A DNA stretch of 63,233 nucleotides, the filler included, from Gonapodya sp. JEL0774 (Eukaryota): assembly GCA_027604505.1 (NCBI GenBank). It is 29 parts of 29 records of this genome, joined end to end, with 100 filler letters (N's around TTAATTAATTAA, not from the genome) between each part and the next. Parts side by side here need not be neighbours in the genome. Positions count along the whole stretch, not along the records: positions 21,920 to 24,007 come from JADIIX010002262.1; positions 24,108 to 26,194 come from JADIIX010002263.1; positions 26,295 to 28,379 come from JADIIX010002264.1; positions 28,480 to 30,564 come from JADIIX010002265.1; positions 30,665 to 32,749 come from JADIIX010002266.1; positions 32,850 to 34,933 come from JADIIX010002267.1; positions 35,034 to 37,117 come from JADIIX010002268.1; positions 37,218 to 39,300 come from JADIIX010002269.1; 21 more parts are not named here. One strand, written 5' to 3'. A program made the translations under genes and the position numbers. How positions within the stretch are numbered: the first letter of the stretch is position 1; every line of letters starts with the position of its first letter. Positions 23,628 through 37,331 of this stretch are shown here, piece by piece. Under the pieces are notes generated by a model, which worked only from the letters and a program-made list of their open reading frames with translations, was not told where the DNA came from and did not search any database.

Positions 23628-24007
23628 TCACCTTCCCCCGCCGCCCTCGACCCACCCCACGGCCTCCACACAGGCCCAACACAGTACCATGCCCACGAAG
23701 CACGCTCGGGCCGCTTTAGCCCGCCCGGCGAGGACCACCGCGGTGGGGAAGAGTTCGGCGAGGGACACGGTGGTCATGATGCCTAGTAAGATGCGGCGGG
23801 CGGGGGCGGGGCGGGTGGTGGTGGAACGATGTGTGAGGCCCCGCTACGTTTCACCAGCTACCCAGCCACGCAACACGCACACAGACAGACAGAGCAACCC
23901 CGGTTCTGCCGTCTACGTCTACGTACCCGCCACCCCTGCCAACCACCTTTCCAGCACTCCTTGGCTCAATACTCCGTCCATGGCGACCGCGGCGACGACG
24001 GTTCCCA
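23628..24007 (-). CDS. ZIP/ZupT metal transporter, 3' end (continues the gene at 39401-41229)
   Basis: 23931-24007 is identical to 39401-39477. Last exon reads GIMTTVSLAELFPTA...FVGMVLCWAC, with stop at 23628-23630. Confidence 0.85.
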
Positions 24008-25571
24008 NNNNNNNNNNNNNNNNNNNNNNNNNNNNNNNNNNNNNNNNNNNNTTAATTAATTAANNNNNNNNNNNNNNNNNNNNNNNNNNNNNNNNNNNNN
24101 NNNNNNNGCTGAATCAATAAGTATTCTGTGTTGAGAACTAGCAGCCAAGAAACAGAGAGCCTTTTCACTGGGTCCAAAATGATCGACATCAGCATTTGCA
24201 AGACAAGTTTTCGCTTGTTTAATCACCATTTTCAACTCATCTGTCACTGGGCCACTTGCAACGGGGTCTTTGCAAGGTCCCTTGTGGGGACTACGGCCTT
24301 CTCCCTTCGACACCCCCGCACCCCAATTTGCTGCAGGTGGAGTTGTGGGTGGTGTCGGCCAGGAAGACCTGGACTTTTCCAAACTCTCATTCCGAATATG
24401 AACTGCATCATCTGCCTCTACGACTGCCTCCGCGGCTAGCGGCAGGCCCCCCTAGATGCCCGTGCGGCGAGCACAGAGAAAATTATTTTTCGACTTCCCT
24501 TGTTTTTGCTGTTCTCTGAGCCCCTAGATCCCCGTTTTTTGTGAACAAAGTACTCGTCACTCATGTATGTATTTGCGCTAGTGTCCACATTTTCGACATG
24601 ATTAGCTGCTCCCCTCCCGCGACCACGACCAAATCCCCCATGTCCACCGCTTCCCCCACGCCCACAACCTCTCGCTGGTCCTCCCCTGCCTCCGAACGCA
24701 TTCTGCTCTCCATTCCCTCTACCCGCTGTGCACCCCGCCTGAAGGGGACCAACTTGGCCGCAGTTGTGACACCGATGCGAAGTGCCCTGGCCTTCCACAT
24801 TTGTAACACACATCACCGGTGCTGCTCACATTGTTTGCCACCACTGCCGCTGCCATCGCCATCTGCACTTGCGCCTCTGCCCGTTTCTGTCCCTCTGCAA
24901 CTCGAAACGCCTGTACAACCTCGAGATATCTTGCATCTGTCTTGCTGAACTGTATTGCAGTGTCCATGGGGTACTCGGACTTCACAGCGGTGAGAAAATG
25001 CTGAATCTTGTCGGTTTCTGAAATGGGATGATCTGGGTTGAGATCCGCGATTTGGGCGAACAGATCATTGAAGGTACGTTCAAGCTCCGCAATTGTCCGT
25101 GTGACGAGTTGACTGGATCAACATCATGATGCTGTGACGTTCCCCGACAAGGCGTGGTGCGTACGCGGTTTTGAGCGCTCGTCAGTTGAATGCGGCAGAT
25201 TTCGAGGGATCCAGCGGTTGGTCCAAGTCTGGGGATACCACTGCAAAAATTGCGGCGCGAATAAGATGGTCTTTACGCTCCCAGAGCGTTTTCTCGTTGC
25301 CGGTTTCCGTCCCATCCACAATTCCCATCACCTCCAGCGCCTGAAACTCCACTTCTGCCTGTTTCTTCCACTTTCGAAACTTTTCGGCATCCTCAAGAAC
25401 GCCCACAGCCTTTTTAAAGCCATCAAACGTGATACGGATGGTGTCAGACATGATGGAGTGTGGGGAGAGGGTGTGAACTCAATAGAGAGATAGGACATGT
25501 CCAAATTCGCCGAAATCCACAATCTCCTGTTCTTCAGCTTCTCAAGATTGTCCTAGATGTGTTGGGGCGCT

Positions 25572-25583
25572 GGGCTCATAACC
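25572..25583 (-). promoter_or_regulatory. Primer-binding site GGTTATGAGCCC
   Basis: Minus strand reads ...CTCAACA|GGTTATGAGCCCAG. Confidence 0.85.
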
Positions 25584-25858
25584 TGTTGAGCGGTTACAGT
25601 TCACTTTTTCGAGCACGTTGTACAGAAAAAGCGTAATCTAGTTTATCTGACGACCATAGCACCGTCCCCAATTGTGTGCACCAAGTTATCCACGTTCCCT
25701 AGTGTAACTCGCTAACCAATAACGCTACAACAAAACTGTAAAGGACAAACGTGTAGAGAACTTTACGATGAGCAATTTCACTCCATTAATTATCCCCAAG
25801 TTCCCACTCCCTGTTGCGCTACAGCCATCCAAAATGTCAAAACACCCATATCTCAACA
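25584..25858 (-). repeat. Complete 275-bp LTR
   Basis: Perfect 7-bp inverted termini TGTTGAG...CTCAACA, flanked by the PBS on one side and repeat X on the other. Confidence 0.8.
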
Positions 25859-25974
25859 GAGTCACATGACCCCACGAGCATGACACCAGTCGTCCCTGTT
25901 CACCCCTGGTCGCGGCACCCATTCCTTGGATAGATGTGATATCGTAAATGCATATGGAGTAGTTTTCAGATTTT
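25859..25974 (-). repeat. Dispersed non-coding repeat X, copy 2 (abuts the LTR)
   Basis: Reverse complement aligns to 8407-8545. Confidence 0.8.
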
Positions 25975-26294
25975 CTCAGTGATCTGACCCCTTCTGAGCT
26001 CTATCCCACTTGCACACCCCCCGTCGACTACCTCGCGTGTTCCCACTTGCACTACCTCTCCTCATCCCGCAACCACCCCAGTTTGCCTCCCGTGTTGGTA
26101 CAAGGCGTTGATGCTTCGGTTCGGGTTCTAGTCAAATAGAGACGGTAAGAAGAGACCATGCAGCAACAAACAGGGCAAGAATGTGTACTCACCANNNNNN
26201 NNNNNNNNNNNNNNNNNNNNNNNNNNNNNNNNNNNNNNTTAATTAATTAANNNNNNNNNNNNNNNNNNNNNNNNNNNNNNNNNNNNNNNNNNNN

Positions 26295-27196
26295 ACCAAC
26301 GTTCCATTCAACAAAGCCCAGTTCAAGGCTCGCATCGCTTTTGGCGGCAATGATGATGATGATCCAGTGGTGGGACGTTCTGCGGGTGCTGCGGGTGGGA
26401 ACAAACCCGGACGGGGAACGGGAAGAGGCATCACAGACAAGCTGGGGACGGGCAAGAAGAAGGACCATGCGACCATCACGGCCCTGCCACTCGACCTGGT
26501 CACCACACTGTTCGCAGTGCGCAAGACTGACGATGGTTGGACGGACGTCGAGAGTGAGTCTGGTCTGGTCTGCCGCCCCCTGTTTTGTGTCTTGTTGGGG
26601 TTACTTTGACATTCCGCCAGTCCAGGCCCAGCACACCCTCCCCCTCCACCCACACCTCACCCACCTCGCATCGGGTAAACCATCCCGCCACATTGTTCCC
26701 CTCTCACCGCCCTCCACCTCCACCCACGACAACTCCAACGACTCCACCGACAACCCACAAACCAAGCGCACCTCATTCTTCTCCAAACCACCAGTGATTT
26801 TGTGTCTCCCCGGCACACGTACGCCACACGCGAAGTGCGTGTGTGTGTGCGTGTGTGTGTCTTCGCCGGCTAACCCGTGATCGAGCGATCAATGTTGTTC
26901 GAGGGATGCACAGCATGAAGGACGTCCTCGCTCAGTTTGTGGGCGAGCTGGCTGGGAAAGGGAAGAGTGTTGTCAGTAGGGAGGATGTGAACCAATTCAT
27001 CGAGGTGTGTCTAGTTCGTCCGAAGTAGCCAACAGATGAGCACGGACTGACATACGTTTGCTTGGTGTTTGTTCGACAGCAACAAATGGCCAAGTTCAGA
27101 GAGCAGCGCACTGGTCAGGAGCATTTTTGGGCTGATCATGGTGAAGGCAGGAAGCAGTTCAAATCTTTTGACTGCTCAACGCAAAATCAATGGTGA
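26295..27196 (+). CDS. Hypothetical protein, 3' exons
   Basis: Exons ...LPLDLVTTLFAVRK..., ...SREDVNQFIE|QQMAKFREQRTGQEHFWADH...QW* with GT-AG junctions. Confidence 0.5.
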
Positions 27197-27576
27197 AACC
27201 TATGAAAGCGACCATCATATTTGTACAACTTAAACTCAAAGCAGAGAAAATGAATCCCATCTACTACTCAGGGACGTGCGACGTGCGACGAAAAGCAGCC
27301 AGATTGGGCCATAACGGTATGTTAGACACACTCACTCTCTCATAGCGTAGTCAGCCCCGTGCCCCCGTCAACAGAGGTCTGCCAGCCTCTTCGCGGGTAC
27401 CTTTGACGGCGGGGGTACGGGAGTCGCCAGACCACGCTCAAGCACTTCTGAGATGAAGAGCATGACCGTTTGCTGTAGGCCGACGTCAACCTTCAGCCAA
27501 CAATGTAGGATACAAGAAACTTGACACGCCTCAAACACATGCACGACAAACTCCCCACCGAGTTGCGAAACGCAGC

Positions 27577-28340
27577 ATGGCGAGCGCCGAAATCACTCTC
27601 GCATGTCTCCTGCTCGGCGAAAAGAGGCCCTTCGCCGTCCGGATCGACATGGCAGCGAAGCCGCCGCCAATCGTTGACGACCTCAAGGAAGCCATCAAAG
27701 CGAAACAAGCGCAGGCGCTTTCCGGCATTGACGCCGCGAACCTAGACCTCTGGCAGGTCAACGTCCCTTACACTGAAAGGGCCACTATCAGGGAGGAGGC
27801 GTTCAAGGAAGAGGACGCGATGGGGCCGCTCGAAGAGATTTCCACCTACTTTGAGCTTCCTCTTCCAAAGGAGCACATCCACGTCGTTGCCCGTCGGCCG
27901 CAAGGTGTTTGTTGCTCCTTTTTTTCTTTCGCAGGGAACCGCAAATCTGGTCGTGGGTAATCCTCCTTGCACTTCTGTTCCTCATGATCAGTTCCCTCAA
28001 CCGCAAATGTTTCTCAGACTCCTGCGCTAGCGTGGGCACAAAACCTGTACCTTGATCTTTGGTTACCGCGGCGGCTCTTTTTGGAGGAGGACATGTCCGC
28101 TGAAGTTCCTTGTCCGGGGGACGAGGAAACCCCTTCTTTGACACACACTTTCACTTCCATCGATATGTCGAACTCTGTGTTCCAATCATTCCAGAATGTT
28201 TTCGGCTTGAAAAGGTTTCTCGTCCGCAAAGAGTACAAATTGGCTCTACGGTTCATAGACTTGGCAGAACAAAAGTGGACGGCAAAGCAGTCCCATAGGG
28301 CGCCAACATTTGCAATTTGCGGAAACCCCGGGATAGGTGT
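27577..28340 (+). CDS. Crinkler (CRN)-family effector: CRN N-terminal domain plus start of a P-loop NTPase, 3'-truncated
   Basis: ITLACLLLGEKRPFAVRI...VDDLKEAIKAK...IDAANLDLWQV...EHIHVVARRP (LxLFLAK- and HVLVxxP-like motifs), an intron, then FLVRKEY...FAICGNPGIG| (Walker A cut by an intron). Confidence 0.85.
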
Positions 28341-28481
28341 GTAACGTGAGAGACTGCCGCAGCCGAATCAACCAATTGANNNNNNNNNNNNNNNNNNNNN
28401 NNNNNNNNNNNNNNNNNNNNNNNTTAATTAATTAANNNNNNNNNNNNNNNNNNNNNNNNNNNNNNNNNNNNNNNNNNNNCT

Positions 28482-29477
28482 GCACATCTGGCTGTCTTAC
28501 AAGGGTCTGAGATTCCCTTTGCTCCAGTATCAACAATGGAAGAAAAGGCCCTTTTTGAGGCCAATTTGCATACCTTCACCAAACATGCAGTCACCAAGGC
28601 TTCATTGCCTGAGAGCCAATATCGCTGGAATGATTTTGCAAAAGCTATTTACATGAATGAACTTGGCATTAAGTGGAAAGTGAATGGTACCACCATTTTC
28701 AGGAAAAGAGCAGAAGATCTGCAAGAGTACTATCCCAGTTATAAGCACGCCCAAGAAAGGCAGAGAGAGTTATCACTGCACAATGATGTAGTACAGAGAA
28801 ATAGGGACTTCTTCTCATCAACTGTTGACAATTTGGATCACTTAGATGCACTGGAGAAAAAGCGATTGGAGTGGAGCACCACAGCACAATCTCTTCCCTC
28901 AATAGTGCAGGGAACAGAACCCAGCATCTTCAACTCAGATAATAGTGATTCTCAAAGTTCCATTGACAAGGATACAAATCTTGATCAACTGGAGACACGC
29001 TTTGTTCAGAATTCAATTTCAGTTGCTGCTAGTACTGACCCACCACCATTCTTGGTCCCTACTTTACCAGTAGCAACAATAACTGTTGGGGGTAAAGTGG
29101 CCATTACAACCAATCCAGCAAAGGCTCCACCTAAGGTTGCTGACCCTGTTATTCCAGCTGGTCAAGTAAGAATGCGGAACCCATGTGTTTTCTGTGGAGA
29201 GCTTTACTGTAAAGGTGTTGGTGGACACATTCATTGCTATTTGAAAAGGGACAAACCATCAAGATTGTGTGCCAGATGCAAAAGGAGCTATTGTGGAGCG
29301 TCAAACAATTCAAAACGCTGTGTGAACGCAAGGTTGCTGGCATGTGGACTTCTAAGGGAGCCACGGGATATTAATTCATGTCCTATTCCCAAAACAGAGT
29401 ACAATGTCATTCGTGACCATCTTTTAAGATTTCAATATGACGAAATGACTGTATCAGAGCAGTTCACTGGGTGGTAG
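28482..29477 (+). mobile_element. C-terminal part of a probable transposon-derived protein with a Cys-rich tail
   Basis: Open from the contig start: HLAVLQGSEIPFAPVSTMEEKALF...WNDFA...IFRK...LQEY; CVFCGELYCKG...HC and CARCKRSYCG...C. Intronless and CpG-depleted. Confidence 0.45.
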
Positions 29478-30664
29478 TAGATATCTCCTCTTTACCAACA
29501 GTTCTGTAGCGTACCCCACAAGAACACTCATTGTACTAGGCGTACACCAATGTAATTGTTATGAAGTTTCTTACCTCTCATTCTGTGGTAAAACTGCCTT
29601 GAGTCAACATAGGTGCAGTAAGGACATATATGTTCCCTTCCTTACAGGCTCCAATCAGGACACTGCAACCTTCGTGTATCAACACGAAGGAACATATACA
29701 CACATTGTGGTCCAGTAACAGAGAAACAGTGTTCACCAATGCTTGCAAGTTTGTACACAGACAGGTAAGTCACTTTGTTCCCTTTCCTTCAATTCATCTG
29801 TGAACTTAAGAATGCAAATTGACCATCCAGCATTTGTTGGTAGTTTTGAATGTTATTGCACCAGGAAGGTGGTCACAATGTTGTCTGCTAGCTAACATGC
29901 ATTAGCTAAAGGTACACTAGGTGAAGTAAAACCCAGAACGCCCCTCCAGTGCCAGCTGGTACAAAAAAATTCAATGATTAAGAGGATTTGGGAAAATTGT
30001 TGCTTTCAAAAATTCATCAGTCATGCTTCCAGTGGGAAGGAGGATCCTGCCTCTTCTCATGTTTGTTTTGTCACATTAATGCCACCCTCCATCCGTGAAC
30101 AGCCACAAAAGCTAGTAGCTAATCAAGAGCAGTTTGCAGCAACAGTAATGGCCAGGTTTTGCTGCATGTGATGTATTCCCTGACAAGAACCAGTTTGCAC
30201 TTCATGCGTTCAAACATGAGGCATCACTGCTCGCTGATATAGCTATCTGTTATCCTGTGCCAGAGCAGATTGGTAGATACATCATACATATCATGTATCT
30301 GTATATATAACTGTGTACTAGATCTCTAAGTACAACTCCATATATCCTTGGGTGCCCAGTTCACTGCAGAGTGCAGCAAATCTGACATCACATCATTTCA
30401 CATAAACTCAGTTCCCTGTGGCACAGCTGCAGACACAACTGACTTTATTAAAGTTTGGGTATCAAAGCAATCTCTCAAATGTATTCTGCATCAATCAAAC
30501 AGTACAAAAGCTGTTTTTGAACTTGTGCAGCTGTGCATCACAAGGTAAGTACATAGGAAAGAGGNNNNNNNNNNNNNNNNNNNNNNNNNNNNNNNNNNNN
30601 NNNNNNNNTTAATTAATTAANNNNNNNNNNNNNNNNNNNNNNNNNNNNNNNNNNNNNNNNNNNN

Positions 30665-32035
30665 GGCGCGGTTGGATCTCTCCCGCTTAAGCCCAGCTGG
30701 TCCAGCAACGAAGGTCTCCTGGGAGGTACAGGCGGCCTCTGCTGGGTACCTATTGCAGCCGTTGCAACTGTTGATACGACTACTGGCCCTGGAACGACTT
30801 CAATGGCTCCGTTGCTCAGACTTCGGCTTCGCACCGATACCGGTCTGCCGGCGCTTGCAGCTCCCCCGGAGCCTACGCTACTCATTGTATCCCACCGAGA
30901 CATTGGAAGCATTTCCGGACTGCTGATAGGGCTGGCCGAGGGACTCCCGTGTGCTGCGGGGCTGGCGTTGAGAGGCAGCGGTTTTTTGATGGCCATGACT
31001 GGGAAGGTCGCGCGGTCGAAAAGGAGAGCGGGAAGGTCGGCTTGGAGTATACTAAGAGCGTGGTAAAAAAGAGGAACGGACGTTGTTGCTGGAGGATTGG
31101 TCAGTCGAGATGAGCAAAAAGACTTGCCTCCAAAAGTTTCCAGCAATCTGATGCCGGGGAATGACGAACATGGATGGATGCAGGGACTCGCACGCTCTAA
31201 GTATCGTGCTGACGGGATCTTTCCCAACTCGAAGAGACCGAACGCTGTATTTGCACTGTGGTTGCGTGAGAGAGAAGGTGAGGAGAAACGAGGCTGAGAT
31301 CTGGATCCCGTCACTAGAGTTGACCAACGTACGTCCTTGGGGTACCATCGCCGAAACTTCTCCAATATTTCTCGAACGTAATTGAGTGTTTGTCTGTGTA
31401 TATGGAACGGATTCGTGGAGTTTGGCATGTGTCAAGGGGAGCTCTGTTTCGTCGTGACTCACCTCTCGTCCCTCTCGACAGCACCAATGGACCCCGAGCT
31501 GAATCTTCTTCCGGTCACATTCACTCTACTTACTGAGGAATTATCGCTGTTCGAGTTTTTCATCAGTACTAGAACGGTCAACGTGTCGTCGTCCTGAGGG
31601 AAGAGAAAATAAGAGAATTGTAGAACCAGTCGGTCCTCCTCACCAGCGAAGCCACAGACACACCTGCACAAGAGCTTCTACTGCATAGGCCAGGGCGCCG
31701 TGTACGTAGGGATCCATGGCTCCCATCACTGCGGCAGCGTCCGGAAGACAAGCAATCACATGATTGCCACGCAGAATGGTCGCATTATCCTGCGCTGAAG
31801 ACGAAGACTGCCCGGAAAAAGACAAAGCTCGGTTCACAAGTATAGGCGGCGGCACTGGCGTGGCTAGAGGAATGTCGGGTGCGTTATTGATCGTCGCGTC
31901 GCTCCAGCGCTGTTGAGGGTCTGCCAGCGTGGTATCTGACGGCGTCCTGAAGCGAACGGCCGGAGCTGACAGCACCGTTTCAGCTGGCTGGGTTGGAACG
32001 CTCCCGGCGCTCGCGGAAGATCCGCCATTCAGCAT
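30665..32035 (-). CDS. Probable universal-stress-protein (USP) domain protein, multi-exon, 3'-truncated
   Basis: HVIACLP...ALAYAVEALVQ|DDDTLTVLVL and YSVRSLRVGKDPVSTILRACESLHPSMFVI resemble the USP fold pattern. Confidence 0.5.
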
Positions 32036-32849
32036 TGCTGCAGGTTGAAAAGGACGTTAGGGCGGAAGCAGAAGGAGAGCTTTCCCAAATCCCGTACCGT
32101 TTTCAAATGATCACGGAGCAATACACAGATTTAAGAATCCGAAAGCTTTCTTGTGAAAGCAATGGGCGCTTTAAAAACAAAGTCGGTCGGGTTGCGAAGG
32201 CCGAATTCATTACAGAGTGCAGGAGGCGCTTTGGCACCCAAGGGACACAACCATGAATGAAACCAGGGACTCCAAACATGTATACCGACATCGTTGGCAC
32301 AGGTTACACACAAGCAGGCCACACGGGCGGGTGTCTTCTTGTTCCGCCGCGGCGGTGGGGGTAACATAATGGCGTTTACATTTGATTTCATTTCTTGTTA
32401 AGCAACAATGCTCAAAACCCACCGCATCTGTCTTCGGACGTGAAAAAATCTGGCTCGCAGTCTTACAGCTTTCTTACAGCTTTGAATGCAATATCTTTCG
32501 ATGTTCGCTTTGCTGTGCTCCATATATAACCTGGGAGACATCTATCCATTGACTCATAAAGACATTCTGGTGTGACAGCCATCGCCGTTCCTTATTTCAT
32601 GTCCCAATTATCACGTAACTTTGTTTGTTCCGTCAAAGGGTTTTACGAGTCGCCATGAAATGGGAGCTCCCTAACATTTCTTCGGGCGAAGGTTCCTGGG
32701 AGACAAGTATGTCGGAGAAACCTGTCTCGTTTGCCTGGATCTGCCTGGCNNNNNNNNNNNNNNNNNNNNNNNNNNNNNNNNNNNNNNNNNNNNTTAATTA
32801 ATTAANNNNNNNNNNNNNNNNNNNNNNNNNNNNNNNNNNNNNNNNNNNN

Positions 32850-33582
32850 CATCAACTACGCACCGGGGATGATGCCACAAGTGTTGGCCGAGAAGGAAGG
32901 GTTCCAGCAGTGTTTGTGGATCTGGGATGAGGAGAGAGTCGTGACCGAGGTGTGAGTGGTGATTTCAGTGCTCCACAACCGTGCTCAGAGTCTTGCTATC
33001 ATTCTTCTGAAATTGTGCCGTGGCCCTTATTTTCCAAGCGGCGCCTCGAATTTCTTTGTTTTCTGGGTCAACGAGCACGGCCAGAAGGAGCTCGTGACGC
33101 CCTCGCTGGAAGAAGGTGAGAGAAAGCAACGCCCAGGAACCAACATATGCTCTGACACTCAATCAATGTACTTTTACTCAAAACAGGACTCATCCTCCCT
33201 GGTGTTACCCGCTCCTCGGTCCTCCATCTCGCTCGCAGCTGGAACGAGTTTCGCGTCACTGAGCGCCGGCTGTTGATGCCAGAACTTGTGCGAGCAATAA
33301 AGGAGCGAAGGGTCATCGAGTGCTTTTCGAGCGGTGAGTACATTTGGTGGGATATCTCGTTCCCACGTTGAGTTCATACTTCCATACTGTACTCAAGGCA
33401 CCGCCGCCGTCATCACCCCCATCCGAGCCATTGGATACGAGGGCCGGGATCTCGTTGTACCGCTGGATCCTGCAGATCCGAGCCAAGGAGCGGGTCCCTT
33501 GGCACGACGGCTTTTTGATGAGGTTGTCGGTATTCAATATGGAGAGAAAGAAGGGCCAGAAGGATGGGTTGTAGAAGTGTAG
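32850..33582 (+). CDS. BAT1: Branched-chain amino acid aminotransferase, 3' part
   Basis: NYAPGMMPQ...GFQQCLW; GASNFF; ELVTP; ILPGVTRSSVL; GTAAVITPI; IQYG...W. Confidence 0.92.
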
Positions 33583-33783
33583 ATTCTGCCACGATATCGT
33601 GTAATTGACGTGCTCCTGTGCTCCTGGAATATTTTATTGACGTCATCCTGTGATGGGTGGAATCGGCTCATCGGAGTACAACTTGGGACCTTCCGACATT
33701 CCGACAAGAAAACCTGATATTATACCAGTTTTCTTCAATTGAAGTCAAATTTTCTCTCCTCCTTTCGAATCGCACATACATCG

Positions 33784-34933
<1,150 letters not shown>

Positions 34934-35033
34934 NNNNNNNNNNNNNNNNNNNNNNNNNNNNNNNNNNNNNNNNNNNNTTAATTAATTAANNNNNNNNNNN
35001 NNNNNNNNNNNNNNNNNNNNNNNNNNNNNNNNN

Positions 35034-36114
35034 TACAGGAGCAGCAGCTAAGCCCTTGGCCCGCGCTTGCATTTCCAAAAGAAGTTGAAGGTTTGCGACT
35101 AGTGATTTCGTAGATGACGGCAAATCAAAGGTCTAGATCGTGAAATAAACGAAGCGTCAACGTACTAAATTGATCTTATACCGTAGATGCGAGTAAAAGA
35201 ATGGGAGAGAGAGAGATAGATAGAGAGATAGCAGATCAGATCAGAATCAGGGCCACGTCACCACAATGTAACATCTCACTCTGCGCGGCCTTGGTCACAG
35301 AATAGCTCATGCTTGGATGCCCCAGAGATGGGAAATATCCAGCGATGCTCGATGTAATAACGATGGCACCTGACTTCCCAGTGGTGTGCCAGTGGGTGAG
35401 GGCTGCAGGCGGGTGAGGTCACTGACCCTCGTGAGCTCAAGAAGTTTGCTTCGGTGGGAACAGGGACAAACCTGCCCGGCACAGAACCACTGTGCCAGTA
35501 AGATTCCCCTGGACGCCTTGTACCCAGTCGTCATCACTGAGTACGTGGTGGTGTTGTGGAAGGGAATGGGTGGTCAACTTCCGTTATAGCCGAGTGATAC
35601 ACAACGCAGACGTACCTTCCGTTGGCAACCTCCTCTAGCCACGGCTTGCCAGAAAACCCAGCGTTTGCCACCACGACATCCAGATCGCCGAACTTGGAGA
35701 TCGTTCCCGAGACGAGATTTCGGTTGTCATCGAGTGAAGTGACGTCGGTGCGCAAGAATGCGAGACGGGAGGCATATGATGAATCTCGGGTGCGAAGAGA
35801 GGACAGCACTGGTGTGGAAACAGAGTTTAGAAAAGGAAGGAGTTTGAACCGACGTGCAAGGACGACCGACCTTCCTCCGCGAGAGTCTCGTTTCGGTTTC
35901 CAATCATGACGGACGCGCCCATCTCCAGCAACCGTTCCACGATTGCGAGACCAATCCCTTTTGTGCAAAATTGGGGAGAGTAACGATCAGCAGCATGATC
36001 GTACATGCTGGCATGATTCCATTCTGCAGTGAAACTGCAATCAAAATCGCTTTTCGAACCTTCAGTGCCGCCAGTCACGATGCAAACTTTTCCAGAGATT
36101 GGGAACTCGGCCAT
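35034..36114 (-). CDS. Short-chain dehydrogenase/reductase, multi-exon; 3' extent uncertain
   Basis: GKVCIVTGGTEG|IGLAIVERLLEMGASV; FLRTDVTS; FGDLDVVVANAG. Confidence 0.85.
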
Positions 36115-36521
36115 TGTGTTTAGATTCGAATGAATGATTTGAAGACGGATGTGTTGTTACCACATATATATGCATGGTACGGAACGGCAGATCTTCTCCG
36201 AAACTTGCCGGCCCGCACGTCTCCATCGCGTAATAAAAGAATTTTCCGCGTTCCATGAAGCAGAAATGTATCCAGGGCGCTGTCTGATTGCATGGTGTAG
36301 TCCAGGCGTCAAGAAGCTGTAGGATATTTTATAACGACAGCTCCTTCAGGGTCATCCGAAGCGAGCGATGAGTTCCAATATGTAAATGCGTTCTCCCGAT
36401 TATCACCGGTACAAAACTAATTTAATGCTTGCTACAAATCACAAAGAAAAATCATGGTCACCGCCTCTTGTGAAAGATCCAATGGCCACGGAGCCTAACT
36501 TTGGCTGCCGTGAAAGCTTAC

Positions 36522-37117
36522 TCACGCTTTCAACGGCCGGACCCAGTGGTTGCAGTAGCCTGCAGGGTTGTTCTCGAGGTATCTAAGTGCGGAGTCGACG
36601 TGGTTTGCAAAAACCTGCAATCACAAGACATTACACATTACTCACTTTTGGTGGTAGTCTTCAGCTTTATAGAATATTCCCGCCGGTTCAAAGCTAGTCG
36701 TAATAGGCCGTTTCCACAGAGGCTCCATCTCCTTCGTGATAGTCTTGGCAATTTCTAGTTGTGCGGGAGTGTGGTAGAAGATGGCGGAACGGTACTGGGT
36801 GCCAACGTCTGGGCCAAAATCGGAATGGGTAAAATTGGTGTGTCTCAGTGATTCTAGGTGCTCTGTGAGTCTTCGACATACCATTTCCTTGACGGTTGAG
36901 GGTGGTAGGGTCTGAGACGTGGGAGGTAGGAGTTCAGTCAATGGTTGGAACTCGTGGGCGTGGTCCGTCAAACTAGGGCAGCTGGACGAGACTCACCGTG
37001 GAATTTAAAGAAAAATCTGACCAATTCCTCGTACTTCACCTTGTCCTCCTTGTACTCGATCTCCAGGGCCTCCGCGTGTCCGGTTGATCCTGTGCAGACC
37101 TGTTTGTACGTGGGATT
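36522..37117 (-). CDS. MXR1: Peptide methionine sulfoxide reductase MsrA, 3' part
   Basis: NPTYKQVCTGSTGHAEA; DVGTQYRSAIFY; FYKAEDYHQK|YLENNPAGYCNH. Confidence 0.93.
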
Positions 37118-37331
37118 NNNNNNNNNNNNNNNNNNNNNNNNNNNNNNNNNNNNNNNNNNNNTTAATTAATTAANNNNNNNNNNNNNNNNNNNNNNNNNNN
37201 NNNNNNNNNNNNNNNNNCAATCATGAGGACAGTCGAACGCAATGATTTGGGATACTGACGTCAAATGAACATGTTTGGATAAGATACAAATGCGTTAACT
37301 CCTTCAGAAAACTCGTCTACGGGCCTTCGCA

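Larger units (their letters stand above)
24108..25858 (-). mobile_element. Degenerate Ty1/copia element: 5' LTR, PBS, gag with stops and frameshifts, start of protease
   Basis: gag from ATG 25451 (FRKWKKQAEVEF...) is broken at 25182. Knuckles CYKCGRPGH and CHNCGQVG. Ends in SQHRILIDS, nearly identical at DNA level to 7627-7673. Confidence 0.88.

Noticed and set aside
4553..24063. Many long antisense or alternate-frame ORFs (e.g. 4553-5077, 4989-5813, 11872-12537, 22654-23703)
   Set aside because: Shadows of GC-rich real genes, with no motifs of their own.
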